The notes below the pieces were generated by a model, which ran no database searches, had not been told where the DNA came from, and saw only the letters and a list, made by a program, of their open reading frames with translations. From positions 1 to 37,546 of the forward strand of contig CAZMCI010000004.1 of the NCBI GenBank assembly GCA_964564905.1: DNA of 37,546 nt, read 5' to 3'. This DNA is from Candidatus Hadarchaeota archaeon (GTDB lineage: Archaea; Hadarchaeota; Hadarchaeia; Hadarchaeales; Hadarchaeaceae). Both the position numbers and the translations under genes were made by a program. Shown in pieces: positions 8,748-18,055 of this stretch (position 1 is its first letter; each line of letters starts with the position of its first letter).

Positions 8748-11700
8748 CTATTTCACCGCCCTGCTGACCGTCTCCGGAGTTGGGGAATAGAGATATCCCC
8801 TCTTTTTCTCTTCTTCTATTACCCAATCCACAAATCCCTCTTTGATGCCCTCCGCCATGGCCTGTATCTTCACTTTTTCAATGGGCGCCGCACCCTCATA
8901 CTGCTCTTCCAGCTCTCTGATGATATCGAATACGCGCTGACGTTTCTCTCGCTGGGACTTTGGTATCCCGGTCATTATCAGATCCACATCGACAACGTTT
9001 GCTTCTGTGTCTATCCCCGCCTCCCTCAAGCTCGTCTTTATGAGGTTTATCGCCCTGTTCGCGTCCTCAACGGTCACACGGGTGCTGAGTCTCATCCTAG
9101 CGTTAGACTTTGCCAAACGTATGAGTGCTTCCAGCTGTCTGACCGTGATGGGCAGGGGGGCTCCCTCCGCCACGACCTTCCTCCAGTCGACAAAAAAGTC
9201 CTCTATCACTTTCGAGACTTTTTTATCCTCAATTTTTGGATCGATGTACTTCCGGGCATATATGATGATCTTGCGCAGGAACTCCGGATCAAACGGTGCC
9301 TTGACGACTTTTTTCGGAGCGGTATGCATCTGCAATACGTGCTGTGCCATGGAACGGTCATTATCGACCCGGGGTTCATCACGCAGGAGCAGCACCAGGT
9401 CGAACCTAGAAAGCAGCACCGGATCAAGCGCCAACTGCTGGGCCGGAGGAATATTCTTATCAAATCTTCCCAGCTTTGGATTGGTGGCCGCGAGGATCGC
9501 CGTGCGAGTATTGAGGGTCGCGACTATGCCTGCCTTGGCGACACTTATTGTGTTGTGCAATACCAGACCCTGGCTAATGAAGTTATGGGTTGGCTCAACT
9601 GTTACATCATAGACCCACTTCGTGCTCAACGTTCCGGAATTGGGCAGGATTTCAACCTTCGTGACCCTGAGCCATCTTAAATCACACAACTTTTCAAGAG
9701 ATTCTATTCTTTGAATGGATTCCTCCAGCTTTCGCGATAGCACCGAAATCAAGTTCGTCAACAATTTTTTCCGCTTTTCCTCTCCGTAACCTCCTCTCTC
9801 GGCGTAATCGATATTGCCCCGCTTCAAGCCCAGCAAACGGGCGACTTGTGCCTGTGAATAACCGAAAACTTGCCGAATTCCCTTCAAATTATTTGAGGTC
9901 TCGAGGACCTTTTTGAGAAACTGAAATCTTTTTCTGAGAATATTTAATCGACCCTGCACCACTCCACGGGTGATGCCATGACCGGAAGCCATGTGCTTCG
10001 CAAAATACCCATCGTAGCGCAGACCAGCTATCCGATATAAGTCGATGATTTCTTCGGCAAGCCCTGTGGGTAAAACATCGTGATATCTGGAAACTTTTTT
10101 GCTTTTTTCCGCCATCTGCCTTATTTTCTCGGCTCTGGGGTCACTTTGGTCCGCTAGTTCCTCTGAAAATTTTTGAAGCGAATCGCCTGTTATGTAAACC
10201 TTGTAGGAGTTGTTTGATCGATCCTCCAAGATGCGAGAGTTAATTGAGAGTTTGAGCAAAAGGTCCTGATAGTCTTCAGCCAGCCCACGGGAACTTGTCC
10301 GGTAACATATACCCGTGCTCTCAACGCTTCCATCGCCCAAAAACGCGGATCGAAGGAATTCTCTTGCTATTTCTCTGGATGCGCCCATGATCTTGGCCGG
10401 TACCCTCTTTGATGAAGCATGCGCTAAAATTTCCGGAAAGTTTTCTTCGAACCACCTGTACATTCTAGCCGAAACGGATCGCTGTCGGGTTATGCTGTCG
10501 CTTTCTCTTATTTGGATGCCCGGAGTGATCCTGAAGATATCCTCCATGAGCCGCTTCATCTCTTTTGATAATAAAGGATCGGAGTTCACGAAACCGATTT
10601 CGTTGGAAGGTTTGTATGCCCATCCCTCGGAGATTAAGAACCCCATGACCCTCGCAAGTTCAGGAGTCAAAACAGTTGGGATCTCGATGTCCTTTTCGGT
10701 GCGATGTCCTACTTCTACTGCGGGCAAGGGGACTGCCACAGAAGAATTTGGAACCATCTTCGGAGCTGGGACGAATAACCCTGGAGTCATCTCCCTGGCC
10801 GGAAGGGTGGAAACCTTGCCGTCCTTCCAGAGGAAAACCGGATGTTCGGGGGTAACCACCACGCTTCTGCCGTTAGAATAAGTCAATTTGACGAATTCTC
10901 CAGGTGCGATGTGGCGGCTGACCCTGTTTATCTTGGCCCTCACCACACCATTCTGGTCTAGTGTAAAAACTTGCATGTCCTGATTTAACGGTAATATTTC
11001 ACAATTCACCCCGTTGAGAACCCGGTCTTTGTGTTCTGCCATCATTTTGTCCACAAATTCACCTATTCGAACTTTTCTGCCGTTAGCTAAGAGTATCTCC
11101 ACGTGAGGGTGATAGCTCTGCTGTTCCATCGACTCTAAAATTGCGGCCGCTTCATCCTTGTTCATCTTTTCAAACTCATCTATGCTCGCCAGTCCGCCAT
11201 CTGCTATCACCAGAGCCCCGGCTTCGAGCCCCCATCCGCCACTCAGGTCGTCTCTAACCGCTGCAGCCGTGAGACCAGCCCCAGTCGATTTCATTCCCGA
11301 GGTGTACAGACCACGCGGAGCTACATTTGCGACCCACTTGAGTATCTGGCTTTTGGCTGTTCCGGGATCCCCACAAAGTAGAATATGAGTATCACCGCGA
11401 ATCCTAGTTCCATCCGGCAGAACCGTTGGATTGCACCCAAAAAGCTGAAGAGCAACAGCCTCCTTTATCGCCTCACAGCCATGGATCGCTGGAACCACCG
11501 ATTGGACTATCTTATTTCTAATCCATGGGTCCTTGGCGAGCTCCTTTATTTTTTTCTCGTCCTCCTCGGTTAATTCCGTTTCCTCCACACCTTTTTGTCG
11601 TACCTCCACGTGGTTCACGAACAATATCTTTCTAAAAGTCGTCCTACGTTCCCGCTTTTGTCTCTCCTGAAACACCCTCAAAACTCCGGTCAGGACGACG

Positions 11701-12317
11701 TGATTACCCGGAACAGCCTTATCGACGAAATCGTCCCTTATTATGCCGTCCAACTTCTGCGGCATTCTCCCCCCACGCAACTTTTCCGGTGGTTCCTGAA
11801 CGCATATGCTCTGCCAGTCACGGAACACCGTTCTCTCAATTATCAAATCGAACGCGCCTTTACGACGACAATTCGGGTTTTCACATGAAAGTGGTTGTCT
11901 GAAGAATTCTCCCGCCTGGAAAACCCTGTTCTCCTCGCCGCAGTACCTGCATTTGAATACGGCCTCCTTGGCCTCCGGTTTAACCTCGCTGGTACGGGTC
12001 ATTATGCCTTCCACTTGGATAAATTTGCCCACGTGTTCGGCGCGAATGTTGCGAATTTCTATGCTTTCCGGAAGCGACTTGACACGCAAACGCATGTCAC
12101 TTATCTTCGTTATCCCCTCGAGAATCGCGTCTGCAGTGTTGAAAAAATCCAGTGGTGAGTCAAGCAGACATTTTGCTAGATCCTTATCAAACTCAAGAAT
12201 ATCATCAAAGCTTACAACTAACGATTTTTGCCCGGCGGCGGTCCTCTTCCGTAACTCCTTGAGGATATTCTTCCTGTGGAGGAAACCCTCTACTCTCTCT
12301 TTAAGCACCGGTTCCAA
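8748..12317 (-). CDS. mcm: MCM replicative helicase interrupted by one intein (400-aa N-extein, 522-aa intein, 267-aa C-extein)
   Basis: Zn finger CRYCG..CENPNC, Walker A GDPGTAKS, Walker B SIDEFEKM, ..MEQQ/TISVAKAGI.. and arginine finger SRFDL. The extein total of 667 aa is a normal MCM length. Confidence 0.97.
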   Translation of the reverse strand: MEPVLKERVEGFLHRKNILKELRKRTAAGQKSLVVSFDDILEFDKDLAKCLLDSPLDFFNTADAILEGITKISDMRLRVKSLPESIEIRNIRAEHVGKFIQVEGIMTRTSEVKPEAKEAVFKCRYCGEENRVFQAGEFFRQPLSCENPNCRRKGAFDLIIERTVFRDWQSICVQEPPEKLRGGRMPQKLDGIIRDDFVDKAVPGNHVVLTGVLRVFQERQKRERRTTFRKILFVNHVEVRQKGVEETELTEEDEKKIKELAKDPWIRNKIVQSVVPAIHGCEAIKEAVALQLFGCNPTVLPDGTRIRGDTHILLCGDPGTAKSQILKWVANVAPRGLYTSGMKSTGAGLTAAAVRDDLSGGWGLEAGALVIADGGLASIDEFEKMNKDEAAAILESMEQQSYHPHVEILLANGRKVRIGEFVDKMMAEHKDRVLNGVNCEILPLNQDMQVFTLDQNGVVRAKINRVSRHIAPGEFVKLTYSNGRSVVVTPEHPVFLWKDGKVSTLPAREMTPGLFVPAPKMVPNSSVAVPLPAVEVGHRTEKDIEIPTVLTPELARVMGFLISEGWAYKPSNEIGFVNSDPLLSKEMKRLMEDIFRITPGIQIRESDSITRQRSVSARMYRWFEENFPEILAHASSKRVPAKIMGASREIAREFLRSAFLGDGSVESTGICYRTSSRGLAEDYQDLLLKLSINSRILEDRSNNSYKVYITGDSLQKFSEELADQSDPRAEKIRQMAEKSKKVSRYHDVLPTGLAEEIIDLYRIAGLRYDGYFAKHMASGHGITRGVVQGRLNILRKRFQFLKKVLETSNNLKGIRQVFGYSQAQVARLLGLKRGNIDYAERGGYGEEKRKKLLTNLISVLSRKLEESIQRIESLEKLCDLRWLRVTKVEILPNSGTLSTKWVYDVTVEPTHNFISQGLVLHNTISVAKAGIVATLNTRTAILAATNPKLGRFDKNIPPAQQLALDPVLLSRFDLVLLLRDEPRVDNDRSMAQHVLQMHTAPKKVVKAPFDPEFLRKIIIYARKYIDPKIEDKKVSKVIEDFFVDWRKVVAEGAPLPITVRQLEALIRLAKSNARMRLSTRVTVEDANRAINLIKTSLREAGIDTEANVVDVDLIMTGIPKSQREKRQRVFDIIRELEEQYEGAAPIEKVKIQAMAEGIKEGFVDWVIEEEKKRGYLYSPTPETVSRAVK
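9552..11117 (-). mobile_element. MCM intein with LAGLIDADG homing-endonuclease domain and an HTH-like insert
   Basis: Inserted in MEQQ|TISVAKAG. Starts with Ser (SYHPHVEILLANG) and ends VLHN, followed by Thr+1. LAGLIDADG blocks are LARVMGFLISEGWAY and REFLRSAFLGDGSV. An XRE-like stretch reads FGYSQAQVARLLGLKRGNIDYAERG. Confidence 0.9.
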
Positions 12318-12452
12318 TAATTCCAGCCTCCTGTCAGAATGGTGTTAAAGAGAAGAACCGCGCCACTTAAAAACGAGACCGTGAAAAATTTGCACTTATT
12401 GCTTAAATTTGAAGAAACATTTATGATTTTATTACTTATATTTACTGCAATA

Positions 12453-12473
12453 TTGTTTAACCACAGGGGGAGG
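12453..12473 (-). repeat. Degenerate ORB-like box
   Basis: TTGTTTAACCACAGGGGGAGG resembles TTGTTTCCACTGGAGAG at 22476-22492. Confidence 0.35.
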
Positions 12474-12572
12474 CCAGCACATCCATCGTTGGACATATTA
12501 ACATCTCTGTTTAACGGTAGACGCATTTTTATCCCTGTTTAGACCTGGATGAGCTATTTTTTTTATTATTTT

Positions 12573-12590
12573 GAGGAGGGGTCACCGAAA
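12573..12590 (+). repeat. Conserved spacer box GAGGAGGGGTCACCGAAA (copy 1)
   Basis: Near-identical to 22265-22285 (GGAGGAGGGGGGTCGCCGAAA). Both copies sit in AT-rich spacers. Confidence 0.5.
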
Positions 12591-12690
12591 ACAGCTTAGA
12601 TCCAATTTTACAGCTTTAATCGTCTTTCTTTTAAGAATGTTGGATTTTTGACCCATTTTTCAAAAAAAAGATACCATGAGGCTTATTTCG

Positions 12691-12718
12691 AGTGGAAACA
12701 CAAGAAAACAGTGGAAAC
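12691..12718 (+). repeat. Two direct mini-ORB-like boxes (AGTGGAAAC x2)
   Basis: cgAGTGGAAACa at 12691-12699 and caGTGGAAACg at 12710-12718. The archaeal ORB core is TCCAGTGGAAAC. Confidence 0.45.
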
Positions 12719-12777
12719 GATGGTAGAAAAACTTCGATGAGTCTACTAAACTTGAAATTTAAAATTTTGCAGCGGAT

Positions 12778-14085
12778 CTATCCTATTTTCAGATATTCAT
12801 AAGCCTGCACAGCGGAGCCAAAACAATACTTTACCTCTTGATAGTCCCGTCTGAATTCTGCTACCTCGGCAGCTATCCGGTCCGCTTTCTCACCATCCAC
12901 CACTATACGTTTAATGAAGTCGGCTATCTTTTCCATTTCCCGTTCCTTCATGCCCAATCTCGTCACTTCCGAGGTGCCGAGCCTTATACCACCAGGATTT
13001 TTGTAATGTCTTCCCTCCTTTATGTCCCACGGGAGTAAATTACGATTTAGGATGATATTGGCTCGCTCTAACTTTTGTTCCAGTGTACCACCGTCGCCGT
13101 ACTTGGTGACGTCCACGACTATCGCGTGGGAACTGGTAAATCCTTGATCAGGACACAAAACGTCGAATCCCCTCTCATGAAGCGCTTGGCCCAACGCTCT
13201 GGCATTTTTTACTATCTGGGCAGCATACTCCCTTCCAAACTCGAGCATTTCCGCCAACGCCACCGCCAATGCTGCTACAGCGTGAAGATGATGATTGCTG
13301 ACAACCCCGGGGAAGACCGCCTTATTTATCGCATCTGCCAGTTCTTTCTTGCAGAGGATCATGCCGTGCTGTGGCCCGGGGAGGGTCTTATGCGTACTGC
13401 ACGTCATAACGTCTGCCCCCTCCTTCAACGGATCCTGAAATTGCCCTCCGGCTATCAATCCGGCCACGTGAGCCGCATCGTAGGCCACATGTGCCCCTAC
13501 ATCCCTCGCCACTTCGCCCAGTTCTTTCACGGGGTGGGGGAAGAGAAAAACGCTCCCCCCAAAGAGGGCCAACTTTGGCTTGACCTCTTTTATTTTTTTG
13601 GCTGCGGCATCCACATCTATGTTCATCTTCTGCTCATCGAACGGCCAATACTCAACATTCAGACCGTGCACAGCTCCGGCGGTGCCGCCAAATTTTTCCT
13701 TACCCATGCTTATGTGCCCGCCGCATGGGATGGCCAAACACATCATGGTATCCCCAGGCTTGGTCAACGCTGTGTACATTGCAAGATTGGCAACCACCCC
13801 GGAGATCGGCTGCACGTTTGCGTGTTCCACTTTGAATAACTCTTTCGCCAAGTTCATGGTGATAATCTCGACTTGATCGATGTACTTACAACCTGCGTAA
13901 ACGCGTTCCCCCGGCCATCCTTCCGCGTACCTATGCTGGAAATCGCTGATCATCGCCTCCCTAACAGCTGGGCTGGTGATGTTTTCACTCGCTATCAGTG
14001 GAATTGCCTTCTTAAACCAGTCGTGATGTTCTCGTAGCAGAGCAAAAGTACGTTCCATTGACTCTCTCGGTTGCAACAATCTCAC
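12778..14085 (-). CDS. glyA: Serine hydroxymethyltransferase
   Basis: 435 aa. PLP-lysine motif TCSTHKTLPGPQHG and overall SHMT architecture. Confidence 0.95.
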   Translation of the reverse strand: MRLLQPRESMERTFALLREHHDWFKKAIPLIASENITSPAVREAMISDFQHRYAEGWPGERVYAGCKYIDQVEIITMNLAKELFKVEHANVQPISGVVANLAMYTALTKPGDTMMCLAIPCGGHISMGKEKFGGTAGAVHGLNVEYWPFDEQKMNIDVDAAAKKIKEVKPKLALFGGSVFLFPHPVKELGEVARDVGAHVAYDAAHVAGLIAGGQFQDPLKEGADVMTCSTHKTLPGPQHGMILCKKELADAINKAVFPGVVSNHHLHAVAALAVALAEMLEFGREYAAQIVKNARALGQALHERGFDVLCPDQGFTSSHAIVVDVTKYGDGGTLEQKLERANIILNRNLLPWDIKEGRHYKNPGGIRLGTSEVTRLGMKEREMEKIADFIKRIVVDGEKADRIAAEVAEFRRDYQEVKYCFGSAVQAYEYLKIG

Positions 14086-15299
14086 CCCAGATGTTTAAGT
14101 ATCGCATCGTATTTAGCTTCGACTTCTATGGGCTTTTGAGATATTTCTATGGCCTCCTCAGGATCCTTGAGTATGTTCCCGGTCGCCACGCAAACTACCC
14201 TCTCATCTTTATCGACCACGCCTTTCTCGACCAGCTTCTTTAGCCCGGCTATGGTAGAAGCGCTGGCTGGCTCTACTCCAATTCCCTCAAGGCTAGCCAA
14301 CGTTTTTTGTGCCGCGATGATCTCCTCGTCACTCACGCTCTCGGCCGTGCCGTTTGACCTTTTTATCGCTCGAATGGCCTTCGGCCCATTAACCGGATTT
14401 CCTATCCTAATAGCTGTGGCTATCGTCTCCGGGTGCCTCACGGGCACAAACTTTTCTGAACCACGTTTTATGGCATCTACGATCGGTTTTGCTCCTTCGG
14501 CCTGAATTCCGGTCATCATCGGGATACCCTTTGTGAGCCCAACCGCGTCGAACTCAAAAAATCCCTTATAAATGGCCCAGATGTTAGCACAGTTTCCCAT
14601 CGGCACCACGACACGGTCGGGCGTCTCCCACCCAAGTTGATCCGCTATTTCAAATCCTATTGTCTTCTGACCTTGAGGTCTGAACGGGTTTAACGAGTTT
14701 AAAAGATAGATATCCATCCGTTTCTTGCAAATACGTCGCACGAATGAAAGGGCCTCATCAAAATTGCCTTTTATGGAGATGATCTTCGCTCCATAGATCA
14801 TGGCCTGCGCAAGCTTTCCCAGAGCTACCTTTTTGCTTGGAAGCAGGACCAAACATTTCAATCCGGCTTTTGCCGCATAAGCGGAAAGCGAAGCTGCAGT
14901 GTTTCCCGTCGAAGCGCACGCAACGGTATTTACTCCAAACTCCATCGCCTTGGTGACCCCAACTGTCATCCCCCTGTCTTTGAAGGACCCCGTTGGATTC
15001 GCTCCCTCGAACTTCACATAAAGCTCCCGAACGCCGATTTTGGCTGCAAGACGATCGCAACGGTAAAGTGGTGTTCCTCCTTCACCAAGGCTTACCATTT
15101 TTCCTTCATCCAGGATTGGAAGGAAAGCACGGTATTTCCAAACGCTCGGTGCCTCTGTCCTCAAACGTTTTTTGTCGATTCCACGTTGCAATTCCTCCAA
15201 CTCAAACTCTACCTCAAGCAGGCCTCCACACCTGGGGCAAGTATAAAACCTTTCCTCAATCCCCAACTTTTTCCCGCACTCAATACATTCCAAACGCAA
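14082..15299 (-). CDS. thrC: Threonine synthase (with N-terminal zinc ribbon)
   Basis: CIECGK..CPRCGG ribbon, PLP motif NPTGSFKDRGMTV. 4-nt overlap with glyA. Confidence 0.92.
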   Translation of the reverse strand: MRLECIECGKKLGIEERFYTCPRCGGLLEVEFELEELQRGIDKKRLRTEAPSVWKYRAFLPILDEGKMVSLGEGGTPLYRCDRLAAKIGVRELYVKFEGANPTGSFKDRGMTVGVTKAMEFGVNTVACASTGNTAASLSAYAAKAGLKCLVLLPSKKVALGKLAQAMIYGAKIISIKGNFDEALSFVRRICKKRMDIYLLNSLNPFRPQGQKTIGFEIADQLGWETPDRVVVPMGNCANIWAIYKGFFEFDAVGLTKGIPMMTGIQAEGAKPIVDAIKRGSEKFVPVRHPETIATAIRIGNPVNGPKAIRAIKRSNGTAESVSDEEIIAAQKTLASLEGIGVEPASASTIAGLKKLVEKGVVDKDERVVCVATGNILKDPEEAIEISQKPIEVEAKYDAILKHLG

Positions 15300-15301
15300 A
15301 C

Positions 15302-16312
15302 CTAACCCCCAAGTGTCCGGTGGATGTCAATTAAATCCCCGAGCAATGAGCTTGACGTCTCCTGTGGTCCAGCTCCAAATCCGGTGATGGTGATCTCGCG
15401 TGCCAGGTCGAGTTCAAACTTTACTGCATTTAAAGTACCGCCAACGGCAAGTGGATGCCCAAACGGGACGAGTTTTGGCCCAACCTCCAGAGACCCCCGT
15501 CTCGCGACGCCTACAAGCTTTATCGTTCGTCCCCCCTCCCGTGCAAGACGTATCGCCTCCGAGGAGATCCGATCAATGCCGGTGACCTTCACGTGCTCAA
15601 GCCTTGCATCTATTCCTAAGATCGAATTCGCGAGGATCGTTATCTTGCATGCGGTGTCTATTCCCTTTATATCCAATGTTGGGTCCTTCTCGGCTATCCC
15701 CAGCTCCTGCGCTTCCCTCAGCACTATCTCAAATGGTATCCCCTCCGTGCTCATCCGCGTGAGGATATAATTCGTGGTTCCGTTGAGCACGCCGCAAACT
15801 TTCCGTATCTCGTTGCCAGCCAAAAGCTTCCTTGCCAAATTTATTACGGGTATGGCCCCTCCCACCGAGGCAGAGTATCTAAACTCAACACCGCATTTTC
15901 TCGCCAAGGAATCAAGTTCTCTGAACGCGACCACAAGTGGGCCTTTGTTGGAAGTTATAACGTGCTTGCCTGCCAGCATTGCTCGTTTTATATGAGTCAA
16001 TCCTGGTTCTCCGGTTTTGATATTGGTCGGAGTGAGTTCGTAAACCACATCGGCCTCCATGTCCTCGATGACCTCGAGGGCCCTCTTCCCACGTTTTCCA
16101 CCCCCATACGCTGCAACCGACTTTTTTTCGGCCACCTTCAACAGCTTCGATAAATTTAGTCCTTTCTCATCCACTGCTGCTCCGCGCTCATCCGCTACGG
16201 CGACAACACGAGGAACTAGACCATGGGTTTTTCGGAGAAAATCAGCCTTGTCGATAAATATCCTAGCGAGTCCTTTGCCCAGATTTCCAAACCCAATCAA
16301 TATTATCCTCAT
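15302..16312 (-). CDS. hom: Homoserine dehydrogenase
   Basis: N-terminal Rossmann MRIILIGFGNLGKG, then substrate-domain motifs GAIPVI and LNGTTNYIL. Confidence 0.92.
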   Translation of the reverse strand: MRIILIGFGNLGKGLARIFIDKADFLRKTHGLVPRVVAVADERGAAVDEKGLNLSKLLKVAEKKSVAAYGGGKRGKRALEVIEDMEADVVYELTPTNIKTGEPGLTHIKRAMLAGKHVITSNKGPLVVAFRELDSLARKCGVEFRYSASVGGAIPVINLARKLLAGNEIRKVCGVLNGTTNYILTRMSTEGIPFEIVLREAQELGIAEKDPTLDIKGIDTACKITILANSILGIDARLEHVKVTGIDRISSEAIRLAREGGRTIKLVGVARRGSLEVGPKLVPFGHPLAVGGTLNAVKFELDLAREITITGFGAGPQETSSSLLGDLIDIHRTLGG

Positions 16313-16815
16313 TCAACCTCCTCCAGAGAGGTTATCATCAAAAGTTTTTTTCGGCCAGCAGCGCGCCGGAGTGTGGAAATCGCCAAACGGAGATGTTTTT
16401 CATCTCCAGCTGTAATTGTCATCCTCGCGGCGGATTCCTTGTTTGGAGCACCCATCGCTAGACTTAAGTCGGAAACCATCACTCCCCGGATAGCGTTTAA
16501 TCTATCTATTGTACCCATGATGTCCGTATGAACTATGTGGCCCACCAAAAGAACTGTTGATCTAACCGCGCCCTCACGCTCTCCCAACTGCGTGACCCTT
16601 ACACCTATCGTTCTAAGCTCATCCAAAATTTTGTTCATCCTTGCTTTATCTCCTATCTCAAAAACCAACATGACGGGAACCCTCCCGAGCGGTGTTTTTC
16701 GCTCCCGTTGGTGCATAATGCTCTGGATGTTGCCCCCAAATCTTGAAATGGGTTCGAGGGCCTTGAGAAGCTGACCGGGCACATCCTCAAGTTCCATCAC
16801 TATTTTTACAAGCAA
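16309..16815 (-). CDS. ACT-domain regulatory protein (hom-associated)
   Basis: 168 aa with two ACT-like repeats (ELEDVPGQLLKALEPISRFGGNIQSI). TTG start preceded by GGGAGGAAGG. 4-nt overlap with hom. Confidence 0.7.
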   Translation of the reverse strand: MLVKIVMELEDVPGQLLKALEPISRFGGNIQSIMHQRERKTPLGRVPVMLVFEIGDKARMNKILDELRTIGVRVTQLGEREGAVRSTVLLVGHIVHTDIMGTIDRLNAIRGVMVSDLSLAMGAPNKESAARMTITAGDEKHLRLAISTLRRAAGRKKLLMITSLEEVE

Positions 16816-16873
16816 AATCCTTCCTCCCGATCCTCCTGGAGTTTACCTCTCTTTCAACTCAGGACGAATCATC

Positions 16874-18055
16874 TTAAATATTGCCTACCCGCTGGCCGCC
16901 GATGAAAACCCCCATAAACTTACTTCCTTCCAGAAGGCCAAACGCACCTTTTCTAACCGAGCTCTCGTCGAAACATTTTACCCCATCCTTCTGACCATCC
17001 GTGGAATAAACCGAGAAAGGTACGGGATCAGCGGCATGTCCCCTAATTTTTATCGGTGTCAGATGATCCGCCATCACCGCTATCTTGTATTCTCCATCAA
17101 GCTCCTCAATTATATTCCCCAGCAAACGTGAATCGATGTTTTCAATAGCTTCGATTTTTCTTTCGATATCACCCACGTGTCCGGCCTCATCTGGTGCCTC
17201 CACGTGAATCAGAACCAAGTCATGATCTTCTAACGCGCGCAACGTGTACTTGGCCTTATTCTCGTAATTCGTATCATAATATCCCGTGGCCCCGGGCACC
17301 TCAAGCTTGGTCATCCCCGCGCATACCCCTATACCCTTGACTACGGTCACTGCTGACACGACAGCGCCGCTGATTCCGTATTTTGCATTCAGTGTCTTCA
17401 TTGCCGGTTTTTTTCCTCCCCCCCAGAGCCAGATCATGTTGGCGGGATTTTCCCCTTTTCTCGTCCTCGATATATTCACTGGATGTCTCGAGAGAACCTG
17501 TTCTGACCTTAGCATCATCTCGTTCAAAATTTTCGCCGTTTTGTTGTATGTGGGTTTGACCAGATAATCCTCAATTTTTCCACCTATGACATCATGAGGG
17601 GGTGTCGTCTTTATTTTACCCGCATCGTTCGGGGCTTTTTTAAGCACGAAAAGGTGCCGGTAACTGATTCCCGTGTGGAAATCCCCCAAGTGGCTAAATT
17701 CCTTGTTGAGGACGGTGATCAATTCTTGGGCCTCTTCAGTGGTTATATGCCCGGCGCTGTAGTCAGCGATTCTCCCTTTTTTTTGAGTTATGAGGTTGCA
17801 TCGGAATGCAAACTCCCCTCTTTTCAATTTAATTCCCATGCCGGCTGCCTCTAGCGGGCCCCTGCCCAAACGGTATTTCCGTGGGTCGTATCCGAGTATG
17901 GACATCATTGCAATATCCGACCCCGGATTCATCCCCTCCGGTATCGTCCTCAAAAGTCCATTTTTTCCGTTGGCGGCAATCCAGTCCAGGTTGGGCTTTC
18001 TCGCTACCTGCAATGGTGTTTTTCCGCCTAATTCTTCCAATGGGTAGTCTCCCAT
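16874..18055 (-). CDS. apgM: 2,3-bisphosphoglycerate-independent phosphoglycerate mutase, archaeal type (annotated from first ATG; true N-terminus probably upstream)
   Basis: ELGGKTPLQVARKPNLDWIA, HVEAPDEAGH and ADHLTP motifs. The conserved N-terminal IIIVGDGMGD block lies partly upstream of the first ATG (see finding). Confidence 0.88.
   Translation of the reverse strand: MGDYPLEELGGKTPLQVARKPNLDWIAANGKNGLLRTIPEGMNPGSDIAMMSILGYDPRKYRLGRGPLEAAGMGIKLKRGEFAFRCNLITQKKGRIADYSAGHITTEEAQELITVLNKEFSHLGDFHTGISYRHLFVLKKAPNDAGKIKTTPPHDVIGGKIEDYLVKPTYNKTAKILNEMMLRSEQVLSRHPVNISRTRKGENPANMIWLWGGGKKPAMKTLNAKYGISGAVVSAVTVVKGIGVCAGMTKLEVPGATGYYDTNYENKAKYTLRALEDHDLVLIHVEAPDEAGHVGDIERKIEAIENIDSRLLGNIIEELDGEYKIAVMADHLTPIKIRGHAADPVPFSVYSTDGQKDGVKCFDESSVRKGAFGLLEGSKFMGVFIGGQRVGNI

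Larger units (their letters stand above)
12318..12777. other. AT-rich spacer upstream of the mcm cluster: candidate replication origin / promoter region
   Basis: 460 bp with no credible ORF. ORB-like boxes lie in opposed orientation: 12453-12473 versus 12691-12699 and 12710-12718. They flank about 215 bp of A/T-rich DNA. Confidence 0.45.

Noticed and set aside
8634-9680. 348-aa plus-strand ORF
   Set aside because: It is entirely antisense to the strongly conserved mcm/intein coding sequence. The composition is low-complexity and Leu/Arg/Ser-rich, with no recognisable motifs. It is a typical shadow ORF.
12290-12542. ORFs 12290-12526 (-) and 12339-12542 (+) in the AT-rich spacer
   Set aside because: AT-rich low-complexity translations (N/I/L/F-rich), mutually antisense, with no start signals.
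13075-13876. 254-aa and 98-aa plus-strand ORFs
   Set aside because: Antisense to glyA, which has unambiguous SHMT motifs.
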